Assembly (NCBI GenBank): GCA_004431415.1
Contig: QPMI01000507.1
Span: 186,001-250,000 of the forward strand
Direction: 5' to 3'
From: Cyanophora paradoxa CCMP329
Lineage: Eukaryota; Plantae; Glaucophyta
Length of the DNA stretch: 64,000 bases
The position numbers were made by a program, and so were the translations under genes. The notes under the pieces were generated by a model. The model was given only the letters and a program-made list of their open reading frames with translations, did not search any database and had not been told where the DNA came from. Every line of letters starts with the position of its first letter. Within the stretch, counting starts at the first letter, position 1. Of the stretch, positions 31,799-44,713 are shown piece after piece.

Positions 31799-32110
31799 AT
31801 ATCAGTAAATCTCAGTAAGCCTCAGTAAGAAACATTGAATTAATCGAAGTTATATCATAATCTCGATTAATTATATCTTATCGAAGTTATATCTTTTTTA
31901 TGCGCCGTGTCTCCAAAACAATTCCCAAGAAAAACAAACCATTCACAGTAACCCAATTCCAAATCTCACTAAATCTCAGTAAGCCTCAGTAACAAAAATC
32001 GAATTAATCGAAGTTATATCTTAAATCTTATTTATCGAAGTTATATCATAATCTCGATTAATTATATTTAATCGAAGTTATATCCTTTTCATCCGCCGTG
32101 TCTCCCATGA
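31717..32110 (+). repeat. About two copies of a ~190-bp repeat unit in the end region of B
   Basis: cgccgtgtctcc at ~31719, ~31903 and ~32094; repeated ctcagtaa and taatcgaagttatatc. Confidence 0.85.
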
Positions 32111-32552
32111 ATAACTAAGTAAGTTTAGTTAAAACCTCGAAAGAAAACCTCTCATTTTTTACTGTATTTTTTGAACGATTTTTTACTGTATTTGTTACAC
32201 TAGAAACAACAATAGAAACGACAATAAAAACAATAGAATTTTAATTGTTTTTGAATCGTATATACGTCAATATATCACTGTAATATATATCATATATATC
32301 ATAGGAAATCGATTTATAGTCAAACCTATAACATATCAATTTGTGTATATGTGATATATATTCATATATGACGTCATGATGATGATGTATATGTATCTGA
32401 TATATATGACACACCGGCTTATTCGGGAGATCATGACGATCACGGCGATGTGTATATTGTCATGATGTATATGTATATATGTGTGACGCAATCTGATTGG
32501 TGTGCTACTTGTTTTGTTGTATCCCCCTTCAACTTCTCCCCAGGTTTATATC

Positions 32553-32651
32553 ACAGATAACATCTCAGATAATACCTCAGATAATACCTCAGATAATACC
32601 TCAGATTATATCTCAGATAATACCTCAGATTATATCTCAGATAATACCTCA
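32553..32651. repeat. 12-bp tandem repeat (cagataatacct / cagattatatct), about 8 copies
   Basis: Directly visible. Confidence 0.92.
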
Positions 32652-32714
32652 TATATTAATTTTAAATTTGCTGGCTTCTGATTGGTTCATGCCACAGAGT
32701 AGGGACTTTTCATC

Positions 32715-32797
32715 AAATGCGCCATAAAATGCGCCATAAAATGCGCCATAAAATGCGCCATTAAATGCGCCATTAAATGCGCCATTAAATGCGCCAT
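32715..32797. repeat. 12-bp tandem repeat (aaatgcgccatW), 7 copies
   Basis: Directly visible. Confidence 0.92.
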
Positions 32798-33038
32798 GAA
32801 AACCCGGGGAATAAACCATAGTAGGGTATATGATCTCACGGTTCAAGTTTCGCTCACGTTTCACCGAAGTTTCGGTAAATCGATTATCGGCATCTTCAAA
32901 CGCTTGTATCTCATCACCAGATTATGATCTCGCAACGTTCTGCATATCGGTTTGAAGCGCTGTTTAAGCTCTACGCAACTGTGCAATCCCCACAGTATTT
33001 CAAGCTACCTTATTATACAACATTTCTCAAAAATCGAC

Positions 33039-33144
33039 CTTTTACACACTGATTGTGGTCATTTCTCGCTGAATCCGAGCCATCTGACTCCTTTTAATTG
33101 CTTTTCTCTTCACAAACTTCTTAAAGCCCTTTATATCATCATCA
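33039..33144. repeat. 106-bp direct repeat (left target duplication of the LINE); copy of the ATPase 3' end
   Basis: Matches 45627-45732. Confidence 0.93.
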
Positions 33145-33494
33145 TCATCATCATTGGAGATACCCCCCGTAGGAAAAAAACAGGAAGGCGCCTGCCAACC
33201 CGCCTCACCCGCAGCGTAGCGCTGCGCGCACGCCAGTAAGTGAGAGAGTAGAGGTCGAAACAGCCAGGGTAGCGTCCGTAGCGATGTCTACCAAGGTATG
33301 CCGACCACTCTCTCCAAACCGCCCAGCCCCAGTACCTGCGCCACCCGGGAGTCCCTGGGTGATGTAACTGCAAGCAGTTACCGCGTGGGCCTCGCGTCCC
33401 GCACTCCCTGGACCGCCCTCTCGATCGTGAAATCTTTCCCCCGCATGACCTCAACCGGCCCCAAGACCGGCTCCCCGCGTTCGCCTCCCCCGAC

Positions 33495-36141
33495 TTGACG
33501 CCCCCCGAAAATACTAGACCCACAGCTTCCATAGAGTCGCGGCAAGCCGCGAAAGCTGGGTCGGCCGCCGTGCACACCTCCAGAACGCGCGCCGAGGCAG
33601 CACGCCCGCCAAAGTCTGACACGCCTCCCGGTCCGCAGAAGTCAGAGAAGGCCAAAGACCCGCGCCGGCATACCGAAGACGCGGATGGCGCCCCTAGCCG
33701 GGCTCAGAAGTCCCCGGCTCTGGCCGAGTCCCTCCAGAACCTGAACCTCGCCTCGGCCCCGAAGATCGTCCAGAACCTCCTCGCCGAAATCCGGTCGAAG
33801 TTCCCCACTCCAGACGGCTCGCCGGCGGACCTGGACCAGATTCACTCGGCCCTATGCACCTCCCGTCTGGTGACTGCCTCTCAATCCTGCGGCACGCAAC
33901 CTGACCGAGTTCGCGACTCACACGGGCGCCCGCAGTACTGCCAGCAACTGCCGGCAGGAGCGCTAAAGCCGATCCCGCTCGATGACCCGTACTGGGATTC
34001 GCCGGAGAACGCCCTGCGCTCAATCGTAGCGAACTGGATCTTCCACGCGGAAGGCACCATCCGGCGGCATGAAGAATATGAAAACGCCCGGCTCGCTGAG
34101 GCGGCGGCCCGCAACCAGCAGCACGCGCAACAACAGCAGCAGCAGCAACTGCAGCAGCAGCTGCAGCAGCAGCAGCAGCAGCAGCAACAGCTCAATCAGA
34201 ACGCGGACCCGGCCGCCGAGGAACGCCGCCGCGCCCTCGAAGCCGCCGCCCTCGCCGCCGAAAACGATCTGACAGATGAGGAGCTCGGTGCCGCCCGGCG
34301 CCTCCAGTTCCGCGCCGAAATCGATGCGGAACAGCTACTTCAGATCGCCGATTCCCCGGTGGACGCCAACTCGCCGGAAGGTCGGGCGGAAGCTGAAAAG
34401 CTTCTCAATGCCGCGCTCGGAGACCTCGCCCTGCTGCGAGAGGCGCCCGCTGACTACCGCTCGATCGGCCGCACCGGCGAACGGCTCATGCTCCGCGTCG
34501 GCTTCACGTCGCGCGAGGCTCAGCGGGCGTTCTGCAGTGCCAAGCTCCCATGCGTGCGCCTGGGCTGCGCGCCACCCGGGACGGCCGCTGATTCGCCCCG
34601 CCAGTTTCTCTTGGACGCGGCCACGGAGACATACCTCGCTCGTCGGCCTTTCTACAAAGAAGAGCGTATGGACGACGAAGACGTCAAAAACCGAACCTTC
34701 CAGGCCCTTGACATACCCCTAGACGCGCGCACGAACGAAATCATAGACGGGCTCGAAGAGCTCATGAAAGAGGCGAGCCTCGCCTGCCATCGCGTCGGCG
34801 GACGGCTGATCCTCGCCCCGCCGCGCCAGATCCTGGGAGACAGCGCCGCGGAAGTCTACGACGAACACCCAACGCTGCTCGGAGACCTCAAGATCGACTA
34901 CGTGCAGAAGAAACAACGCATCGCGGATAACAACGCCAAACGTGTACGCAGTTGCCTGCCGCGGCTAGCGCGCTGGGCCCTCCCGCGCCCCACTTCACGA
35001 GCCCGGCAGGCCGTGTTCACAGTCCCGCCGGCCCCCAAGCTCATTGCGGCCCTCCCGCGCCTCCACTCTTGGGTAAAGCTGCGGACCCTTGTCCGCATCC
35101 GACCGGGCCGCGATCTCCCCCGGAGATGACGCCAGCGAACGCGCTGACGCTAGCGGGGTGCCGCCCGAAGCCAAGATCAGCGGACTTGCCAAGCTCCTGG
35201 CCTCGCTCGAAGTGGACCGTGTGGTCTGGTACAGCAAGGCGATCCCCGAGACCGGGGCAGGCCGCACAGTCGGGACCGCGGACGTGCAGCGCTGGCAGGA
35301 GTCCCACTCCGCCTTCGACCCCGACCCCTGCTCGCCTGGACGGCCTTCAGCCGCGTGCCGTTTGTCCACCTCGTCTTCCGGACGGCCGACGCGCTTGCCG
35401 CAACCAAGCAGATCTATCTCGGCCCGGCGGCGGACCCGATGCACGACGACGAGGACGACATCCCGCCCAGCGAGGCGTACCCCGCCCGCCACGGCCGCAA
35501 GTTCGCGGGTCGCTATATAGTCGTCCCCTTCGAGGTTCCCCCTCGCCCGCCCGGCCCCGCCCTCCCCTGGCGCGCCTAAGGGTCTGCAGCGCTACATGTG
35601 CCCTGACTGCGCGGCCCCGGAGGCCCTGGACACGCTCGCTGGCCTTCTCAAGGAAGGGCGGGCGCTGGATGACGTGTCCCACTCGCCGCCGGAGCGGGAC
35701 GGCGACCGCAAGTGCAAGCCCCGCCACGACGAACGCCGCAAGGCCATCGCGGATGCCCGCGAAGCCGACCGCCGCCAGCGCGAAGAGCAGCGCCGGCAGG
35801 CCCAGTCCGGCGCCACCAAGCAGCGCCTGGAGGAGAGGCAGCGCCGAGCGGAGGCGCAGCGGGAGCAGGCGGCCGAGGCGGCGGCGACCTCTCAGGAGGT
35901 TCTCGCCGCGATGGGGGGAGGCTCCGGCGCTCGGCCCAACACCTACATGGAGGCGGCCGCCAGGGGGCGCGGCGCGAGCCGCGGGACGAGCCGCGGGCTG
36001 GGCCGCGGAGCCGGCCGGGGAGCGGGGCGCGGCGCCAGTCTGGGCGGCGGTGGGGCGAACCGGGGCGGGGCGCAGACGGGCCCACCCCATGCCGGGCGCC
36101 CGCAGTCGACGGGCCCGTCTAAGCGCCCGCGAAACGCCTAG
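33495..36141 (+). CDS. LINE ORF1-like protein (several frameshifts)
   Basis: Poly-Q tract, RRM-like strands (LRVGFTSREAQ; FVHLVFRT), coiled coil and RG-rich C-terminus. Pieces 33495-35129, 35355-35579 and 35596-36141. Start uncertain. Confidence 0.6.
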
Positions 36142-36520
36142 ACTAGAGCTTCTCTTTCGTCAGCTAGTTCGACTGCAGCTGTGCGCATGTGTTGCAGTAG
36201 TACGTGAACGGAGGTGGCAGAACTACGCCCCGCCCGAGTACTGGTATCAGAGAGTCGGCGCGCGAAGACGGTGGCGGCTGTGCCTGCGCCACCCGCACTC
36301 GCAAGCCGACGCCGGCGCCGCGCCACGCGTGAGCCCAGCGCTAGCTTGGCTGACCCGGGCCGGGCTAGCCCCGGATCCGGAGTCCGGACTCCGGAGGCGT
36401 TGCCGGGTCGGCTGCCGCGCAATTAACAATCCTTATGACTAGGATCCGGACCATGCATATACACATGTACACGAGTCCCGGAGAATGGACCACACTTACC
36501 CCCACCAGAATCCACCCCGC

Positions 36521-37042
36521 CATGGCGACGCCGGAGCCGGCGCCCCGCCCGACCCTCGCGCAACTCATGGCGACCGGCGAATACAATGACGTTACATACG
36601 AAGTAGCCGTCGACGACCCGGCCATCCGCGTCTTGCAAAGCGTCCTCGGCCTACACCACGCACTCTTCCACCCTAGTCACGGGTTGCTAGTGCTGCCGGG
36701 TACTTTCGAAACCATAGAAGCGGTCAGCTCAAACTGCCGCGGCCACGAGCTCTGGATCAAAGCTCGGGACCTCGCTCCTTGGACGAAAGGCGGGCTGCGC
36801 CGCCGCGGACGCATTGGCATTCAATGGTCGGGCCTCGTGGGCCACCTGGACGCCCGGTGCGGAGGTGCACCGCCAGGGAACAGCCCCTCATCCCGTGCCC
36901 TTGCCGCCCGCACCCTCACTGCCTCGCACCGTCGCAGACACACCAGTACCGGCTGGAAGAGACCCGTGACTGCGCAACGCTGGGCAGTAAGCTGCGCGCC
37001 CTGCGCCCCAGACGCCGCGGAGGCGTCGACGGCGCCCCCTGA
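36521..37042 (+). CDS. Extra small ORF between ORF1 and ORF2 (probable frameshift near 36853)
   Basis: MATPEPAPRPTLAQLM...GIQWSGLVGHLD, probably continuing into Cys-rich CTARE..CPC..HC. Confidence 0.4.
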
Positions 37043-37159
37043 AAGACACGCAGGCCGCCACCCGTCCCCCACGCCGGCTCCAGAAAGGAGGCAGGACCGC
37101 CCGACATGCCCCCGCACACACTTGCTATCGGTAGATCTCCACCCCCTGGCTATCCCGCC

Positions 37160-40100
37160 ATGAGTGTGACAACAGCGGAACCACCAATAACACTACGTGA
37201 TATCTTCCCACCTGCCCACTACGCCCGAGACAGCCCGCTTGTGGGCCCGTCACCCTCGCTTATGCGCAACAAGCCCGCGGGGCACCTAAGGGTGGTAACA
37301 TTTAACGTGCGGGGCACGTCCGAGGGCCGGCTCCAGCAGGCCGAAGACTTCGCCGTGAAGTGGGGGGTCGACGTGATGGCTCTCCAAGAGCTCTCAGTCA
37401 CGCGCGCTGAACTGCACTCGGCGCTCTTCACCCCGGCAGCGGAACCCGGCAAGCCCCCCACGAGCTCGATCACGCGAGGCCGCCTAATCCACTCAATTAA
37501 GAAAACAAAACCGAAAGGAAACGGAGCGGCGCTATGGGTGGCGGCGCACTGGGCGCGGCACATTGCGCGTCACTATAGCTACCCGGGCCGGCTTGCCGGC
37601 TGTGAAATGCGCTTCAAGGGAAACCGCCAGCTCTTCGTAGTGAGCGTCTACATGCCGGCCACCCAACGGAAGCCTGAGCACAAGACCGATCAGGCGGCGC
37701 TCATCGAATGCATCGAGCGCATCTACGCGGACTTCCGATCGCGCTCGTCCGCGCACCTCATCCTTCTCGGCGACTGGAACTCCGTGAAGACGCCGGCCAC
37801 GTCCCGCATCCGCGCGGGACGATTCGTCCAGTCCTGGACGCCTGAACGCGAGTGGTGGGGAAAGCTGTCCGGCACCTGGGCGCTAGTTGACGCGGCGTCA
37901 CAGAAAGGCCACGAACACGAAGTTACCTTCATCAGGCGCGGCCCGAACCCGCACGGCGCCGAAGAGGGAGGCGGGGACGACGACGCCGACGACTCGGACT
38001 CGGAACAGGACCAGCAAATGGACGGGCCCGCCGTCGCCGAAGACGCCGCGGCCCTCTCGGCAGGACGTATCGATGCGGTGTTACACTCTGCAGGTCTCGC
38101 GCCAGCGCTCCTGGCGGTGCACCCGCTGCCGCCAGAGGTGGCGCTACCGCACCCCTCTGACCACTTCCCGGTCATGGCCGACTACGATCTGCTCAAAGCC
38201 GAACTCGTCAGGCCGCCCGAGGGCGAGGCCCGCCCGGCGCACCCGCCGCCGCTCTTCGCACCGCACTTGCTGGAGAAGGAGAAGCTGCCGGCCTTCCGAA
38301 AGGCTGTAGAAGACCGTCTGCAAGCTCTGGAAAACGATCTTGAGAAAGCGCTGGGCGCGGCGGGCACGGAACATGAGCGCAGGGACCGGGTCAGCTCTCT
38401 CTACCGACAGGCCACGGAGGCGGTGCTGGCGCTCGCTAAGGAACACAAATGCTTGAAAGCCCGAGGATCGCGCCCGCCCACTCGCAGAACGGTGCCGTGG
38501 CAGCTGGTCATGTCCAAGAAAGTGGAGCGCCTGATCGCTGGATGGTCTGTTGAAGCGCCCGGAGGTTTGCCGTCGGCCCCGCTGGTCGCCCGGATCGAGA
38601 AACTGGAGGCTCTCATCAAAGGGCTCGTCCCCGGACCCGAACCCATGGAGACGGGTACGAAAAACTTTCCCACCGCGTCGGCGCGCGGCTGGCTGCGGCC
38701 CGTCCATGGCGCCGCCGCTGTCGCTCAGCGTGACCAGCGTGAGGTAGGCGGCTGGCGCGCCGAGCGGCGGCGCGAAATGGGCGTCGAGTTGGCGTCTCGG
38801 CAGCCGGCCTTGTCGCCGGCCATTCCGCAGGAGATTCAGGAGCGCGCGCGTCAGGGGTTAGCTTCTATGATGTCTCCGGCTCGGCGAGGAGTGCCGCGGG
38901 AGCGGTCGCGGCGACGTCGGATGGCCGCAATGTCGGCCAGCTTTCGCGCAAAGCCCGCGCCGCCATGCGCCGCAGCGTTAGTGAACGCGCGGTAGCCGTG
39001 GCGTGGCACACTGGCGCGGCGACGTGTTCCGTCAACACGCGGACGGCGCCCGGCCCCTGCTCCCTTGCTTGGCAGCTGGGGCTCATCGGCGCTCTCTCAT
39101 TTCGTTCCGCTCCTCATTTCTTCGCAGTCGAGTCGCTAGATGGCGGCTTTTTTCCACATGCAGGGAAGCTCAGGTCTTTCCGTCGACTTTTGCTTGTCAG
39201 GCGTAGTGCCTCTCCTGCCCTCCGCTATACGTGGGTCTTCCCTAGGGCGGACTTCCACGTCTGGAGGGTGTTTGCGCGCTCTGTTTGCCTTCATCGGTCT
39301 GCGTAGGGCGCTGGGCTTTTTCTGCGCAGGTGTATCTTTCGGCCTCTCGCCCCATTTGTAGATATAGGACGTAGATAGAATTTCCCACCACTTAGACAGA
39401 GCACAGCACTCGACGGTCCTCAATGTTATCTAGTCGGAGAGATAAATTGGGCGATGTGAAACTCCTAGTAGTTGTTGTTGTGTGCTAATGCAAATCCTGC
39501 GCACCGGACCCGAACCCATGCCCCGCCGCCCCGTACGCGACGCTGACGACGAGGCGCCGTTCCCGGGGCGCTACGTAGCGTGGCGGCTATACTTCCGGTC
39601 GCTGAACGCGTGGCGCAACCGCGTCCGCCGGCGCCACCAACACGAGACGCGCGCAGAAAAGCAGCGACAGATCCAGGAATTCGTTACTGCGCGCCAGGCC
39701 CGGTTTGCAGACCCGCGCAAACTGCGCAGCTATCTAGACTCCATTCTGGAGCGGTCCAGGGGGGAGCCGATCATGCACGTCACCCGCCTCGCGCGCGAAG
39801 GCAACTTCTATGAAATTTACACGGCACCCGAGGAGGTGAAGGCAGTGATGGCGGAGCACTGGCGTCAGTGGTGTGCGAAGAGAAACCCCCTGGTAGGGGC
39901 ACAGCGGACTCAATACCCGACTCCCAGCTAGCTTTCCTGCCCCCTGACTTCTGGCGCGCGCTCTACCGCCCCCTCGGGACGCACGTGGTGACCGCGGAAG
40001 CCTTCGCGGGTGTCATGACTGAACCTACGTACGAAGAACTAGGGGCACACGTGCGCTCGCTCACGGACGGAGCGGGAGGGCCCTCCAACTGCACGAACGC

Positions 40101-43100
40101 GATCCTGAAGACGCTCTGGAACCTCGACCTGCCGGACGCCATGGATCCAGAGGCGTACCCCCCCCGCGGTCGTCGGCTCCTGATGGCCATCGTCTGCGAG
40201 GCCCTCCGCCTGCGCGACCTGCCCGCCGAGATGTGTGAGAGCAATATCTTCGGGATCCCAAGAACGGGAGCTGGGACGGAGACATTGAAGGGAACCTCCG
40301 CCCGATCACGCTGCAGGAAGTTGGCCTCAAGCTAACGACGGGCCTCGTCACGAAACGGCTAGCCGAGGCCATCGAGAAGCACGGAATCCTTAAGGGGTAA
40401 ATTATGGCTTCAGGAAAGCTAAGGCGACAGACGATGCCCTTCACCTAATGGTCGCTATTCTAGAGGACGCTAAGGAGCACCGCAAGCCCATCTACCTCTT
40501 GCTACAGGATATCAGGCGGGCGTACGATTCAGTTTCCTGGGCCAGCATGGAGCTCTCCCTCCGACGCATTGGGGCCCCCGAGACGTACATCGACCTGCAC
40601 CGCAACATATTCGAACGACGCCGGGCGCGAGCTATCACGGGCCACGGACTGTCAGACGTGTTTGAACTCGAATGTGGGCTCCCGCAGGGCGGCATCGAAT
40701 CCCCGCTCCACTGGCTCATCTTCTACGATGCCTTGCTCTGCGCTCAACAAGAATTGGACAGGCTCGAGCAGGAAAAGGGGGGCGCGGGGGTCGCGTACGT
40801 CATGGGCGTGGGCGAAGACGACGCGGACTTCGCCCCCGCACGGGTGACCGGGAGCGCCTACGCGGACGACACGCAGTGGATGAGCGGATCGGCCGAAGGG
40901 ATCCAGATGCTCGCGGACGTGGCGTCTGAATTCTTCCGCCTGCACGACATCGCAGTCAACGCGCGGAAAACAGAGTTTGCGTACAACAACGTCTCACCGG
41001 AGCCTGAACCCCCGCTACTCGGCAACCCCCGCGTCCCGGTCGGCAAGAAGCTGAAACCGGGCGAGCATTTCAAGCTGCTCGGCGTCTATCTGACCGCGAA
41101 CCTGTCGTGGAAGGAGCAGATCAGACAGATGGAAGCGCAGGCTCGCGAGACGGTGGCGGTCATAGCTCGTAAGCAGCTGACCGCGCAAGAGGCCTGCTAC
41201 GTTGTCGAGGCCGTCGTGCAGGCGCGGATCGCCTACGGGCTCAAAGTGACGCCGCTCACAGAGAAGCAGTGCGATCGCCTAGATGCCATCTGGATGCGCG
41301 TGGTTAAGCACCATGGGGGCCTGGCGGCATCGACTTCCAACTACGCGCTCTGGAGCCACGGCACGTACAGCCTGCCGCGCACAGCGCACCTGATGGCCAA
41401 GAACCAAATCACGGATCTGCTCGTGCGGCTCTGTGGAGAACCGGAAGAGCTGCTATCCCAGGTGATGTTGCACCGCATCCGAGACCTCCAGCGAAAGCTA
41501 GGCGTCCCGCTGCTGCCGACCGAGTTCCTGAACGCCCCAGTGTCACGCCAGCTTGCTCGATCGAACGCAATCGCCGCAGTGATGCCGCTCCTGCAGCGCC
41601 GGCTCTACCGGATCCAGTCCAACCACGCCCGCTTCCTGTTTACGCCGTACCCCCCGCAGCCACTTGGCCCGACCCCGCGGAACTGCGCCGGGAATTCGTG
41701 CTTGCCTCACACATTCCCCGGGAAGTGTTCAGCACGGCCGCGCCCGCCCTCCACCGCGCACGACTCTACTGGATGTCCGACGTCACGGCGCGCGATGGGG
41801 CACGCCTCTGCACCTGGCGAGACCTGCACCTCCGCGCCCCCTGCGGCACGCTCCCTTGGGCAGCGCCCGCTGGTGGAAGGCGGTGGCCAAGGCCCTCACG
41901 ATCGACGGGCGCGGTTCGGGCGCCCTCCGATACCCCATGCGGCAACCGCCCGTACCCCTTCCTCGGCCATGGTACAGCTTCCGGGCGGGGCAAGGAAGTT
42001 AATTCACCAACCGGGAGACTTCGTCTGCTACTACGACCTCGCAACGATTCACGAGACGGATGCGGTACCGGAAATCGGCCGGGTCCGCTCCGCCGAGGCT
42101 GAGGCCGGCAGCCTAGTAGCGACGGAGTGCCGGCTGGAGCACTGGGTCCCCGTCCCAGAAGAGGCCGACGACGAGGCCGACGGAGCCTACTGCCGCTGCG
42201 ATGGCCACTGTCAGCTCGGACCCCGCGAAGGGCCGCCCGCCCCAGCTGCGCGCCGCTTTAATATCGTACCGGGAGAGGGCCGCCGCCACTGGCACGACGA
42301 CCACGTCTGCCCTCAAGGCGCCGGCGCGGCCTGCCGGGCGACGAGCACCTGCGATGACGAGGGCAAGTACGGGACGGCGGTGGGAGGATGGGTAGAGCAC
42401 GCGTCCGCACTCTGCACGATCCCCGGCACGGTGGAGCTAGTAGAAGTGTCGGGCGCCCCCGTGGAAGAATGCGAGGGCAGGTACAGACGCGCTCGGGGCG
42501 CGCCAGTCGCCAGGTCCTGCGCCAAGCCCGTCTTGAATACTTCAAGCCCTCCAGGCAGGCGGCCGCGACCATCACTGCGCACCGATGGCGGATGCTGCTG
42601 CAGGCAAAGCAGGAGGGCGATGAGCGGGTCAACTGGCACCTCCTCTCCGAGCCCGACGCCGCTCACCTCGCCACGCTCGAGGCGAACCCGCCCGACTTGC
42701 CCCCCTGCCGCAAGATGAAGCGCCCCGGTCAGCTCCAACAAGGAGGCGCGCGAGCTATATTACTATCAGGCCGATCCGTACAGTTGGGTTGCATACCTGG
42801 AGACCTGGAAGGGCCTCGAAGCCCGCTACCGCAAAGAGCACCTGGAGGCCGAGGCGGCGCCTGGCGGCTCATACGTGGCCGACGCCCCAGCGTACGCCTG
42901 GACGGACGGGAGCCTGAAAGAGGGCCAGACGGTTAACGCTCGCGCGGGCTACGCAGTACACTGGCCGGAAACGGACCTCAGAACTGGCGCAAGCCTGCAC
43001 CCGCCGGGTATCCTCACGGACTTCTTTGCCCGGCTCCGGGGCCTGCAGGAGATCAACAAGGCGGAACTCCAGGCGGCGCTTATGGCTGACCTGCTCTCGC

Positions 43101-44713
43101 CTTTCGGAGCGGTTCTACACGTCGACAACATGAACGCGATCCGCTGGTACTCCGATTTCGTCCAGCACGCGAGCTGCCGCAGCCCGCGGGAATACATCCG
43201 GCACGCCTGCTCCGCGGAACTGTACGCATGGAGCAAGCTCAGGACAATGCTAGAGGAGCGCGGGCGGCCGCTCAAACTCGTCAAAGTCAAAGCGCACGCA
43301 AAGGGCGACGCCCGCGACCCCCACAACGACGTCGCGGACGCCGGAGCGAACGTGGCGGCCGACCTGGAGCTGGCGGACGAACACCGGCATGAGCCTCTCT
43401 TTCTGCCGCCGGCCTTCAGCATGCCTGCGGTGCTCACCATCAGCGACCCCGACGGGCGCACACGACGGGTGGAAGGGGACCCCAAGGCACACATGGACGC
43501 ACTTCACGAGCACCAGACGCACTTTGCCTGGACCCAACAACCGCTGGCTGGCGCGCTCCTGCGCCGAGGCGCCGACGGCGCAGACATAGCAGGGCTATAT
43601 GCGGAAACGAGCGTAGGTTCCCGATTCCAAGGCGCCAATGGAGCCCGCAACGCGCTATTCAAGTTTCGGACGCAGCTGCTCTGTAGCTCGCTACCAGCGA
43701 ACGAAGTCCGGGTACGTGACCAGAAGGAACTCTACGCCGCCTGCAACCCTGGGGGACGCTGTGCGGGCTGCGCCACCAGAACGCCGCTCCCTCGTGCAGA
43801 GACTAGCGGCCCGACAGCCTCACAGAACAGCCAGACTGCAACAGAGGCCTCGCATGCTCAACCAGCAGCGGGCGCCAGCCGCCCGATCCGGGCACCGACG
43901 GCTCTCACCGCAGGCCCGACTGAAACTTTCCCGCACGTCTTCCTGTGCCCGGGTCCGCATGCGGTCGCGCACCGCGCGGAGACTGCTCGCGAACTGAACC
44001 GACTTCTGCTCTGCGCATACAGAGAGGCCCACGGCCTCACAGCGCCGCCAGCAGGAGCCCTCCTTGCTCCCGACCTGGTCCCAATCTTCCTCCGCGTCGC
44101 GGACGACGACACCGAGGCGCGCAGCTACGATGGTAGGCCGTACGCGTATCCGCGCCTCTGGGTGCTCCAGGGCCTTGCTCCGCAGAGTCTAGAAAGCGCC
44201 CTCACACGCTGCCTGAACCTTGCACCCCGGTACGCGGCACGCGCAGCTAAACGCGTTCGGCAAACGCTTCTGGAACGGGCCCGACGCCTCTGGTCACGTC
44301 GCTGCGAAATCAACGCGGAGTGGGAACGCGACTGCCGCGTCTCCCAGGCCTCAAAGAAGCGACCGCGCCCGCCCCGCACGGGCGCCCGCGCCCGAGAGCG
44401 GGCCCGCGGCCCCGGACCTGTAAGGAAGTCTGCGCCGCCTGCGACGGGCCGATTCGCCTTCACAATCTACTCAACGCCGCTCGGAACGCAGACTGCCCAC
44501 CGGAGTACGCGGGCTGGAAGGCGGCGCTCCGCGCCCAAGAGCTCTACGATTGCGTCAAGGTACGCCCTTGGGAGTCACATCCTAGCCCGCTCTAAACGGT
44601 ACCCCGAGCCGCGCGAAAGGGGGGGGGGGGGGGGGGGGGCTACGTCGGGAGGAGACTCTCGACACCACCTACCTACTACTTCACCATACCTAGTCCTCGA
44701 GAAACTTACCTGA
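37160..44713 (+). CDS. LINE ORF2: AP endonuclease - reverse transcriptase - RNase H - Zn finger; frameshifted and interrupted
   Basis: APE: TFNVRG, ALQE, SVYMP, LGDWNS, RID, SDHFPV. RT: QDIRRAYDSV, GLPQGGIESP, AYADDT, FKLLGV. RNase H: WTDGS, NKAELQA, HVDN, KVKAH, NDVADAGA. Zn finger: CAGC...ETFPHVFLC. Confidence 0.92.
38648..39503. mobile_element. 856-bp non-coding insertion (SINE-like) in LINE ORF2 with a 17-bp TSD
   Basis: ccggacccgaacccatg at 38631-38647 and 39504-39520. ORF2 resumes after the insertion. No TIRs seen. Confidence 0.88.

Noticed and set aside
43700-44713. Dualen/RandI-type second (RLE) endonuclease
   Set aside because: No PD-(D/E)xK motif is recognisable after the Zn finger.
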